Positions 1-7,938 of a stretch of DNA of 36,524 nt are shown one piece after another. A model generated the notes under the pieces. The model did not search any database, was not told the DNA's origin, and was given only the letters and a program-made list of their open reading frames with translations. The stretch spans positions 1-36,524 of IMG/VR virus record IMGVR_UViG_3300027785_000064. One strand, written 5' to 3'. The position numbers and the translations under genes are program-made. The number at the start of each line of letters is the position of its first letter. The stretch's first letter is position 1. The stretch comes from a virus (Duplodnaviria > Caudoviricetes).

Positions 1-157
1 CTGTTGGTGTTTCTCTGTTATCTGTATCGATAACTATCTCAATGTCTTTAAATGCATTGCAATCTACTATCTGTCTATTGAGTAGATTAACAGTCTTGAG
101 TAGTGTAGCTTCTCTTGACTGTAATGTCGGGATAAGGATTGATAGTTTATAGTCCAA
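1..157 (-). CDS. 5' part of GT2-like glycosyltransferase (duplicate of the start of 35395..35970, cut by the window edge)
   Basis: TTG start at 157; lies within the terminal repeat and encodes MDYKLSILIPTL... Confidence 0.8.
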   Translation of the reverse strand, partial: MDYKLSILIPTLQSREATLLKTVNLLNRQIVDCNAFKDIEIVIDTDNRETPT

Positions 158-711
158 AGTTCTTTCTTTTACGTTTGTTAAATGTCAATTCATCTGCTAT
201 CCACAATACTCTATCCTCTGTCTTAATACTTAATGCATCTTGAGGTGCTAACCCCCATGCAGGATGAAGATGTCTAAATAGTTTAAGGTTATCACCCATG
301 TACTTGTAACATCCTAACTGCTTCGCTACAATGTCATTCTCAACATCGCACCATAAAGATATGTATTCGGGATGATAAATGTACTTAAATCTGTTATAAT
401 ATTCTCTTCCTACGATGTGCATTGTACATACATTGTCTTTCTGATTACCATCGTTAAAGTGAATGTACTGATTCAGGTCTTTGTAAAATTCAGCACGAAT
501 AATATCATCGAATCCCTTCTTAGTGAAGATCATATCATCAGACATATTAATAAGAATATCAAAGTCATAATCGAACTGATTAATGTCTCTGTTGATAGCA
601 TCAATCTTATTCTTACTGTTACCCACTACAAAGGTATGGTTACCATCTAACACCGGAAGAGGATACATACTTTGGTCATCTTTATCAACTGAGATCAGTA
701 CATGATAATCC
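1..711. repeat. Left copy of imperfect terminal direct repeat (pairs with 35814..36524)
   Basis: Manual ungapped alignment at offset 35813: first 127 nt identical, about 35 substitutions over 711 nt. Confidence 0.95.
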
Positions 712-803
712 TCTCTGTTAGCTATTTTATCCAATATAGAATCATACCCTCTAAGAAAGTTAGATCGTCTTGATCTCGAAGTATATTTCAATAGAATCTT
801 CAT
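147..803 (-). CDS. GT-A fold glycosyltransferase-like protein
   Basis: N-terminal strand KILLKYTSRSR, DxD-like MSDDM, late CDVE and HLHP motifs; overlaps neighbouring GT genes. Confidence 0.7.
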   Translation of the reverse strand: MKILLKYTSRSRRSNFLRGYDSILDKIANREDYHVLISVDKDDQSMYPLPVLDGNHTFVVGNSKNKIDAINRDINQFDYDFDILINMSDDMIFTKKGFDDIIRAEFYKDLNQYIHFNDGNQKDNVCTMHIVGREYYNRFKYIYHPEYISLWCDVENDIVAKQLGCYKYMGDNLKLFRHLHPAWGLAPQDALSIKTEDRVLWIADELTFNKRKRKNFGL

Positions 804-1429
804 AATGGCAAAAATACACTTTTAATAGGTTCATTGAAGAATTTATCCCAATTATTTTTTATGTGTTGATTCCTCTCTAAAATAGAGATTGAAGAACTAT
901 GGAATAAGTAATCTGAATAATCCTTTGAATAGATATAGTTATCAGTACCATTCAGCATGGGATAGGCATGACGTTCTCCTAAAATTCGTATTGAATAATC
1001 TGCATGTTCAAAGCCGAAATGCATGAATTTTTCATCAAATGCACCTACCCTATCTAATGCATCCTTCCTGATATACATGAATACACCACCACATTCATGA
1101 TAGTAACTGCAATGTCCATCCGTAGATAACTGCACATGATTCTTATTTAGATATAATAAATGCTCTTTGTTTGCATTAATAAAGAACTCAATCCATCCAT
1201 CCTTAATCGGATAGCAGTCATCATCGAATAGGAAGATATGGTCACAATTCTTTAAAGATCTGAGACATTCATTCTTTCTAAATGCTACACCTCTACGATC
1301 TTCATCGGTATCTGTTGCTACATAAAACTTTACATTATCTGTAAAGGTATGTTTATAGATATGCTGTAAACACTCCTTTAAACACTCAGGTCGATTGTAA
1401 GTAGTTATCCCTATTCCTATGCTAACCAT
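800..1429 (-). CDS. GT2-family glycosyltransferase
   Basis: IGITTYNRP N-terminus, FLFDDD DxD motif, GAFDEKF..FGFEHADYS motif; real start probably ATA/ATG a few codons into the ORF. Confidence 0.85.
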   Translation of the reverse strand: MVSIGIGITTYNRPECLKECLQHIYKHTFTDNVKFYVATDTDEDRRGVAFRKNECLRSLKNCDHIFLFDDDCYPIKDGWIEFFINANKEHLLYLNKNHVQLSTDGHCSYYHECGGVFMYIRKDALDRVGAFDEKFMHFGFEHADYSIRILGERHAYPMLNGTDNYIYSKDYSDYLFHSSSISILERNQHIKNNWDKFFNEPIKSVFLPL

Positions 1430-2520
1430 CTATCAAATATCTGTTTACGTTCTACATTCACTATCTTAATGTCATACCTTGCCGATACATACTCAAATAG
1501 CTTCTCTTTTAAATCTTCTACTTTATTCGGATTCTTTACCAGGTACTTAATGTTATCCTTCCATTTCTTATCGGCAGATACTAATACATTGTGCAGAGTA
1601 ATATCATCACGATAAGGTATAACATTGGAGACTATCACCGCTTTCTTCTTAAATCCTGCTTCGATTAGTTTAAGCTGCGATTTGTTCCGGTTAAATTCTG
1701 TGCTGATCAATGGAACTAATGCCACATCAATAGAATCGTATAGCTTACCATAATCTAAGATCGGCATTCCATTTAGTCTCATGTATGGTTCATCCATATC
1801 TTTGAACTCTAATACTCGATTCGACATAAGTAACTCTCTATAGTTCAAGTTCAATAAATGATACCCTCCAGTAAAGCACTGCTCAATATACTTGTAATAT
1901 GGATTCGGTGTTATCTCACCCTTCGCATCCTGGTTGAAGTTATAACCTGCTGTCAATAGCTGCCATTTATTCCTAATCGTTTCATCTTTATACAGCTTCA
2001 TAAGTTCAGGATACAACATCTCTACATCAGCAACATGATGAACTCCTGCTACATATCCGAATCTCATTCTGTTATGTGTTGTCTCTATCGGATTCGGTTG
2101 CCATTGTTCCTCATCAGTATTAATGGCATTCGCTAATACATACACATTCTGATTGTACTCTCTTATTCTACTTGCTAAGTAGTTAGTAGTAGTAGTAATA
2201 AAGTCAGCATCCTTTAATGCTTGTATAGTATTTTCACCATATCCATTATTCTTATACTGAAGATAGAGACTGTGATTCTTTGGTAGTACCCAATAGTCAT
2301 CAATGTCAAAATGTACTTTTAATCCTAATCGTTTGTACCTGGTCACATCAGACTTGATCTCTCGCAGGAAGGATATACATTTAAACTTCTTTAAATAGTC
2401 ATCTGTTAGTTCAGATTCATTATAGGTAAATTCTACATCAATCCCTAATGATGCAAAAGGAACTATCTGTCTGTGGTATTGCAGACCTGTTATTCTGCTA
2501 CTTGTTACAACTAATATCAT
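1417..2520 (-). CDS. GT-B fold (GT4-like) glycosyltransferase
   Basis: FDIDDYW, ADFITTTT..LA, VLANAI, and DVALVPL....FNRNKSQLKLIEAG...AVIVSNV.PY motif typical of phage GT-B enzymes. Confidence 0.85.
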   Translation of the reverse strand: MILVVTSSRITGLQYHRQIVPFASLGIDVEFTYNESELTDDYLKKFKCISFLREIKSDVTRYKRLGLKVHFDIDDYWVLPKNHSLYLQYKNNGYGENTIQALKDADFITTTTNYLASRIREYNQNVYVLANAINTDEEQWQPNPIETTHNRMRFGYVAGVHHVADVEMLYPELMKLYKDETIRNKWQLLTAGYNFNQDAKGEITPNPYYKYIEQCFTGGYHLLNLNYRELLMSNRVLEFKDMDEPYMRLNGMPILDYGKLYDSIDVALVPLISTEFNRNKSQLKLIEAGFKKKAVIVSNVIPYRDDITLHNVLVSADKKWKDNIKYLVKNPNKVEDLKEKLFEYVSARYDIKIVNVERKQIFDRWLA

Positions 2521-3022
2521 ATTGTGTTTTTATTTTTTCTGTTATATTTTTAACCATGTACTGGACTGTCTTAAACGATATACCCACCAATGATCCCACC
2601 TTCCTATAAGTACCATGCTCAACGTACAGTTCAAGCAATCTGAACTCTGTCGGAAATCTCTTCTGTGCTATCTTCTTTTCTATCTTATTCATCAGTAATA
2701 CTACATCTGAATGTATCTGATCAATGTTATCATCTTCGTATACTTCTCCTTTTGTTGTTGTTTCGCAGCTTCTATATTTCTTGTAGAAAGCCATGTGAGG
2801 TTGAGTATATTGGTAGTACATTATCTTATAACAGTATATCTCTAATGTCTTTTTATTATAAAGATTAACCAGGTATTCAATATCCATCTCAGCAACGATA
2901 ATCAACAGTTCAGATAAGAGGTCATTATATAGGTCATCTCCTTTGGTAATGCGGATTGCAGATGACTTGACAGCTTTAGAATTGTAGATAAACAGAAGTA
3001 TATCGTTTCTTTTCACATTCAA
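2498..3022 (-). CDS. Phage RNA polymerase sigma factor (ECF-like)
   Basis: 174 aa; region-2-like A.RITKGDDLYNDLLSE and C-terminal HTH TYRKVGSLVGISFKTVQYMVK; start may be GTG at 3016. Confidence 0.65.
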   Translation of the reverse strand: MNVKRNDILLFIYNSKAVKSSAIRITKGDDLYNDLLSELLIIVAEMDIEYLVNLYNKKTLEIYCYKIMYYQYTQPHMAFYKKYRSCETTTKGEVYEDDNIDQIHSDVVLLMNKIEKKIAQKRFPTEFRLLELYVEHGTYRKVGSLVGISFKTVQYMVKNITEKIKTQYDISCNK

Positions 3023-3027
3023 AGATA
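3020..3027 (-). promoter_or_regulatory. Bacteroidota-type -7 promoter element (TATCTTTG) for the sigma/GT operon
   Basis: Matches TAnnTTTG on the - strand at the head of the operon. Confidence 0.6.
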
Positions 3028-3153
3028 CCTAATAAAATAAGAAAAAACAGATATCTGCTATATATTCCAAATTATTTTGCATTTTTTCTCGCTGATTATC
3101 AGTCAGTTATAATTATTTTTATACACTTATGTCGGGCGAATGTAAATAAGATA

Positions 3154-3161
3154 TACATTTG
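3154..3161 (+). promoter_or_regulatory. Bacteroidota-type -7 promoter element (TACATTTG) for early genes
   Basis: Matches TAnnTTTG 40 nt upstream of the first + strand ORF. Confidence 0.7.
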
Positions 3162-3201
3162 TCCTATCAAAATCAAACAAATAATTTAAAACCCTAAACA
3201 A

Positions 3202-3393
3202 ATGAAAGTATTAGATTTAATTCGCTACATCGCACAACATCCAGAATACAAAAATATTGTGATTAAGGATGAAGAAGACATGACACCATTAAATGCCATT
3301 AATTACTTGGCAAGTATTGATTTATCACATTATGATAGTATGTCTTTCCATATCTGTGGAACTTTAGAAAAAGATACATTACTTATTTGGTAG
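3202..3393 (+). CDS. Hypothetical early protein
   Basis: ORF with A-rich start context, first gene after the promoter. Confidence 0.6.
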   Translation: MKVLDLIRYIAQHPEYKNIVIKDEEDMTPLNAINYLASIDLSHYDSMSFHICGTLEKDTLLIW

Positions 3394-3417
3394 AAATATA
3401 AATTTATAAATATAAAT

Positions 3418-3606
3418 ATGAAAAAAGCTATTAGTTTATTAGAAAAAGAAATTGAACGCAAAAAAGAAGAGCATTATAGGTGTAATAAAAGTGGAGGAGG
3501 TGTTATGGCAAATGAATATAGTGAAGAACGAAAATATAAAATTAAAATATATGAAGAAGTTTTAGAACTATTGAAGAAATCATCTAATCAAACAAACAAA
3601 CTATGA
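3418..3606 (+). CDS. Hypothetical early protein
   Basis: ORF in packed early cluster. Confidence 0.6.
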   Translation: MKKAISLLEKEIERKKEEHYRCNKSGGGVMANEYSEERKYKIKIYEEVLELLKKSSNQTNKL

Positions 3607-3749
3607 TACTAATACAATCCACCACACATCCTGACCACAGATTCATAAGTTACTCTGCATGGATGAAATACATTAAAAACAGAAATAATCAATCATTAAC
3701 CAAAACAATCAAAAACTATGACAAAAACAGAAACACAAATCAAAATTAA
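3603..3749 (+). CDS. Small hypothetical protein (48 aa, MILIQSTTHPDHRFISYSAWMKYIK...), not in ORF track
   Basis: Hand translation; ATGA overlap with the upstream gene. Confidence 0.55.
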   Translation: MILIQSTTHPDHRFISYSAWMKYIKNRNNQSLTKTIKNYDKNRNTNQN

Positions 3750-3984
3750 CGAGCTGATCACACTACTTAACACATTAGATGTCGAAGGTATTACAGCTAA
3801 AATCTTTGTAGCAAATGATAACATTCTAAAGCTATTAGCCGCAGATTACAATGTTAAAGTATACGAACCATTTGAGATGTTCGGCAATGAAGAAAGACTG
3901 TTCTACTTCAGTAAGGATAAAGTAACTATCCATGTAAAAAGCCAAATGAAGTACAGAAGAGAAACCCATTTAATTGAATACTAA
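3718..3984 (+). CDS. Hypothetical early protein
   Basis: AAAACTATG start context. Confidence 0.65.
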   Translation: MTKTETQIKINELITLLNTLDVEGITAKIFVANDNILKLLAADYNVKVYEPFEMFGNEERLFYFSKDKVTIHVKSQMKYRRETHLIEY

Positions 3985-4160
3985 TGAGAGAGATAAACTA
4001 CGGAAAAGTACTGGAGAAATCCATTAAGAAGAAAGGCATCAGTAAGAAAGCAATATCAATGATGCTTAACATTAGCAGAAGTACATTGTATTCGAGACTT
4101 AAGGATGGTGAGTTTACATTCTGTCAAATGATGACTTTAAGAGAGGAGAACCTAATATGA
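3984..4160 (+). CDS. Cro/XRE-like HTH regulator (58 aa), not in ORF track
   Basis: Hand translation MREINYGKVLEKSIKKKGISKKAISMMLNISRSTLYSRLKDGEFT...; HTH pattern; TAATG coupling. Confidence 0.75.
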   Translation: MREINYGKVLEKSIKKKGISKKAISMMLNISRSTLYSRLKDGEFTFCQMMTLREENLI

Positions 4161-4321
4161 GTTACGATGACTGGAAGTTAGATACACCTACCGAGAATGA
4201 TACGAAATGTCATGAATGCGGAAAAGAATGTTGCCAATGGGATTTGCACATTTTAATGATAAACCTAAAAGCAATCGATGTATGTTCAGATTGTTTAGAT
4301 AAACTAACGATAAATGACTAA
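4157..4321 (+). CDS. Small zinc-finger protein (54 aa), not in ORF track
   Basis: MSYDDWKLDTP...CHEC...CSDC; ATGA coupling. Confidence 0.65.
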   Translation: MSYDDWKLDTPTENDTKCHECGKECCQWDLHILMINLKAIDVCSDCLDKLTIND

Positions 4322-4601
4322 AATAACACAAGCAAATTCACAGCAACAGGTATACGATTGCTATCTTAAAGGCATGACACCTGAAACAACAGCAAAGCAT
4401 CTCAAGTTATCGTATAAGTATGTAAAGAATAAGTATGAGGACTTTACTATTCATTCAGCTACTCTCAGAGGAAACGATAAGGCAGAACGGATTGCTCAAA
4501 GTTATTTAATAGAAAGAGATTTATTAGAAACTATTAAGAATGATCCTACAGATAGCACGATTGACAATAAGGCATTCATCTGTTCAACTTTTTGTGCATG
4601 A
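4314..4601 (+). CDS. HTH-containing hypothetical protein
   Basis: GMTPETTAKHLKLSYKYV resembles an HTH. Confidence 0.55.
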   Translation: MTKITQANSQQQVYDCYLKGMTPETTAKHLKLSYKYVKNKYEDFTIHSATLRGNDKAERIAQSYLIERDLLETIKNDPTDSTIDNKAFICSTFCA

Positions 4602-4801
4602 AGAAAGACCTCCAGTGGTTACTACTTGTAATCTTAATTACCATGATCTATGCAGGAAGTTACATCAACAAAAGCAAAGAATCAGCAGAACAGATCAAAG
4701 CAGTAAAGATTGAGTATGTTTTAAAGTATCAGCAGTATTGCGATTCAGTTACCATCTTTTGTATTAACGAATATGATATTGTAGGAAGATGCAAGAAATG
4801 A
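4598..4801 (+). CDS. Small membrane protein
   Basis: N-terminal hydrophobic WLLLVILITMIYAG; ATG at 4598 overlaps the upstream stop. Confidence 0.55.
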   Translation: MKKDLQWLLLVILITMIYAGSYINKSKESAEQIKAVKIEYVLKYQQYCDSVTIFCINEYDIVGRCKK

Positions 4802-4926
4802 TCGCACAACTAAAGGAAATACAAAAGACATTTCCGAATGCTCACATCCGGTATAATGCCGAAACAGATTCACACTTTATCTCTTATTTTAGTGTAGAAT
4901 ATTACAGTTCATTATTTATTAATTAA
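4798..4926 (+). CDS. Small hypothetical protein (42 aa), not in ORF track
   Basis: Hand translation MIAQLKEIQKTFPNAHIRYN...; ATGA coupling. Confidence 0.45.
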   Translation: MIAQLKEIQKTFPNAHIRYNAETDSHFISYFSVEYYSSLFIN

Positions 4927-4942
4927 TTTAAAAACAAAAACT

Positions 4943-6313
4943 ATGAATTACGAAGATTTTATTAAAAACAAAAAACATTCAATAGGTAACTTTGGATTTG
5001 AAGCAAATTACATTCCTGATATTGCTTTTGATTTTCAAAAATACATAATTGATAAAGCTATTACAAAGGGTAGAATGGCAATTTTTGCAGATACTGGATT
5101 AGGTAAAACTTTAATTCAGTTATCTATTGCTAAAAATATTATTAACCATACTAATAAAAAAGTATTAATTTTAACTCCTTTAGCAGTTGCTTTTCAGTTT
5201 ATTTTAGAAGCTGAAAAGTTAGGAATAGATGACATTGAATATTCAAAAGATGGTAAGCATACTAAAAAAATTGTTATTTGTAATTATGAGAGGTTACATT
5301 ATTTTGATAGCAATGATTTTATAGGTGTTATTTTAGATGAAAGTTCAATACTTAAAAATTTTGATGGCAAAATTAAAGGTCAGGTTACTGCATTTGTTAA
5401 AAAAATTCCTTACAGGTATCTATCTACTGCAACACCTTCCCCTAATGACTTTATAGAATTAGGAACAAGTTCTGAAGCGTTAGGATATATGGGTTACATG
5501 GATATGTTAGGTAAGTTCTTTAAAAACAATCAAAATTCAGTTGATTCTACAAATAGAAATATAGGAGAGAAATTTTATTTAAAACCACACGCTGAAAAGG
5601 ATTTTTTTGCATGGGTAAATCAATGGTCAATTATGGTTAAAATGCCGAGCGATTTAGGATTTAGTAATGATCGTTATAATTTACCTAAATTAATAGTAAA
5701 TAAACATATTATTGAAAATCAATCAATGTTTGATATAAATGGACAGACTACTATGTTTGTTCCAATTGCTAAAAGTATGACCGAAGTTAGATTAGAACAA
5801 AAACAAACAGAGGATAAAAGATGTGAAAAAGCTATTGAATTAGCAAGTGGAAAGACTTCTGTTTATTGGTGTAATACAAATAATGAAAGTACTATTTTAA
5901 AACATTCTGATAAATATGCTGTCGAAATAATAGGAAGTCAATCTATTGAACGCAAAGAGGAAATACTTTTAGCATTTGCAAAAGGTGATATTAAAAGAAT
6001 TATCACAAAAGCAAAGATGACTTCAATGGGATTAAATTGGCAACATTGTAATCATTCAGTATTTTTCCCTACATGGAGTTACGAACAATACTATCAATCT
6101 ATAAGAAGGTTTTGGAGGTTTGGACAAAAAAATGATGTTACAATTGATATGGTAATTTCAGATGGACAAACAAGAGTATTAGAAGCTCTACAACAAAAAA
6201 CAAAAAAAGCAATTGAATTACATGAAAACTTAACAAAAAATGTAAACAGTTCTTTTATTAATAATACAAAAGAATTTAATAAAGAATTAATTAAACCTAA
6301 ATTTATAAACTAA
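4943..6313 (+). CDS. SF2 (SNF2-like) helicase/ATPase
   Basis: Walker A ADTGLGKT, Walker B ILDESS, STATP, MGLNWQ, QSIRRFWRFGQ. Confidence 0.9.
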   Translation: MNYEDFIKNKKHSIGNFGFEANYIPDIAFDFQKYIIDKAITKGRMAIFADTGLGKTLIQLSIAKNIINHTNKKVLILTPLAVAFQFILEAEKLGIDDIEYSKDGKHTKKIVICNYERLHYFDSNDFIGVILDESSILKNFDGKIKGQVTAFVKKIPYRYLSTATPSPNDFIELGTSSEALGYMGYMDMLGKFFKNNQNSVDSTNRNIGEKFYLKPHAEKDFFAWVNQWSIMVKMPSDLGFSNDRYNLPKLIVNKHIIENQSMFDINGQTTMFVPIAKSMTEVRLEQKQTEDKRCEKAIELASGKTSVYWCNTNNESTILKHSDKYAVEIIGSQSIERKEEILLAFAKGDIKRIITKAKMTSMGLNWQHCNHSVFFPTWSYEQYYQSIRRFWRFGQKNDVTIDMVISDGQTRVLEALQQKTKKAIELHENLTKNVNSSFINNTKEFNKELIKPKFIN

Positions 6314-6318
6314 AAAAA

Positions 6319-7332
6319 ATGGAAAACAAAGTAAAAGACCAAACGGTTACAGAAAATTACGCAATCTATAATAGTGATTGTATGTTAGTAATGCCAACAT
6401 TGAAAGATGAAAGTATTGATTTATCAGTTTATAGTCCTCCTTTTGCAGGTCTTTATAACTATTCAAGTTCAGAAAATGACTTTTCTAATTGTGAAAGTAA
6501 AGAGCAGTTTTTAGATCAATATGAATTTTTAATAAAAGAAATTGCAAGGGTAACTAAACCTGGTAGAATATCTGCTGTTCATTGTACTGATGTATTTGAT
6601 AATACTTGTAGATTATGGGATTTCCCTAATGAAATAATAAGATTGCATACTAAATATGGATTTGAATATAGAAATCGTATTACTATTTGGAAAGAACCTT
6701 TGAAGGTTAGAATGCGTACAATGGTTCAATCTTTAATGCATAAATTTATTGTAGAAGATAGTACAAAATGTTTTACTGCAATGCCTGACTATGTATTAAT
6801 TTTTACTAAAAAAGGAATAAATGAAGTACCGGTAACTCATCCATTTGGAATAAATCATTATGCAGGAGAAATACCTATTTTACCAAATATTTTAAGGGCA
6901 TGGAATAATGCTAATGGAACTGAATTTAATGAAGATCAATTATGGAAACATTTAAACATAATTAATGAAGATAATAAAATAACTAAATTAAATCATTATA
7001 TTTGGCAACGATACGCATCATCTGTATGGGATGATATTAGAATAGATAATGTATTACCATTTAGAGATTCACGTGAAGAAGATGACGAAAAACACGTACA
7101 TCCATTGCAATTAGATGTTATTGATCGTATTGTTGAATTGTATTCAAATCCTAACGAAGTTGTTTTAACCCCTTTTATGGGTGTAGGTAGCGAGGTTTTT
7201 AGTCCTGTTTCAATGGGTCGTAAAGCTATTGGAATTGAATTAAAAGATAGTTATTATAAACAAGCTATTTTAAATATGAAGGAAGCTAACAATAGATTTA
7301 AAAAAGAAAACACACAATTAACTATTGATTAA
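6319..7332 (+). CDS. N4-cytosine/N6-adenine DNA methyltransferase (beta class)
   Basis: Catalytic SPPF near the N-terminus; KHVHP; SAM motif TPFMGVGS..GRKAIGIEL near the C-terminus. Confidence 0.9.
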   Translation: MENKVKDQTVTENYAIYNSDCMLVMPTLKDESIDLSVYSPPFAGLYNYSSSENDFSNCESKEQFLDQYEFLIKEIARVTKPGRISAVHCTDVFDNTCRLWDFPNEIIRLHTKYGFEYRNRITIWKEPLKVRMRTMVQSLMHKFIVEDSTKCFTAMPDYVLIFTKKGINEVPVTHPFGINHYAGEIPILPNILRAWNNANGTEFNEDQLWKHLNIINEDNKITKLNHYIWQRYASSVWDDIRIDNVLPFRDSREEDDEKHVHPLQLDVIDRIVELYSNPNEVVLTPFMGVGSEVFSPVSMGRKAIGIELKDSYYKQAILNMKEANNRFKKENTQLTID

Positions 7333-7354
7333 TCTAATTATTTAATTACATTTG
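7325..7354 (+). promoter_or_regulatory. Bacteroidota-type promoter TTG-N19-TACATTTG
   Basis: TTG 7325-7327, 19-nt spacer, TACATTTG 7347-7354. Confidence 0.75.
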
Positions 7355-7359
7355 TCAAA

Positions 7360-7444
7360 GAATCGCCAAAATGAAATCTAAACTAACTAACTACCCCTTT
7401 TTGATATTGCAGTTCTTGGCGGTTCGGCTTTATTAATTAGGGGT
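7360..7444 (+). promoter_or_regulatory. Structured 5' leader (crossing stems) containing a 21-codon uORF at 7371..7436
   Basis: 7360-7369 pairs with 7416-7425; 7393-7406 pairs with 7431-7444. Confidence 0.5.
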
Positions 7445-7461
7445 TTATATTTTTAAAAACT

Positions 7462-7938
7462 ATGGAAAAACAACTAACACATTGGAAAAAATTACAGAAT
7501 CCGTTATACTTAGGATCGTATGACTTTCAACCTGGCGAGGAACGTATCGTAACAGTTAAAGATGTAAAACGAGAAATGGTTAAAGGTCAGGAAGGAACTG
7601 AAGAACATACCATCGTTCACTTTACTGAAGGTTACAAACCGATGATCATGAATGCCACCAACAGTAAAATGCTGACTAATCTTAGCGGATCTCCTTATGT
7701 AGAGAAATGGATTGGAACATCATTCAAGTTAGTGGTGATTAAGATTAAAGCATTCGGAGAGTTTATTGATGCATTGCGTATCAAATCTGAGAAAGTACTT
7801 AAGACATTGCCTGATCTGATCTTAGACAGTCCAAACTTCATCAAAGTAAAGGATGCAATCACAAATGGCAAAGCTACGATTGAGCAAGTAGAAACGAAAT
7901 ACAAGTTAAGTAAGGAGGTAAGAGATGCGATTATTTAA
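7462..7938 (+). CDS. Putative ssDNA-binding/annealing recombination protein
   Basis: THWKK..NP.YLGSYD start and MNATNSK motif; sits directly before the exonuclease and SSB; function inferred from context. Confidence 0.5.
   Translation: MEKQLTHWKKLQNPLYLGSYDFQPGEERIVTVKDVKREMVKGQEGTEEHTIVHFTEGYKPMIMNATNSKMLTNLSGSPYVEKWIGTSFKLVVIKIKAFGEFIDALRIKSEKVLKTLPDLILDSPNFIKVKDAITNGKATIEQVETKYKLSKEVRDAII

Noticed and set aside
372-650. + strand 92-aa ORF and its twin at 36185..36463
   Set aside because: Antisense shadow of the GT gene; no motif or start context
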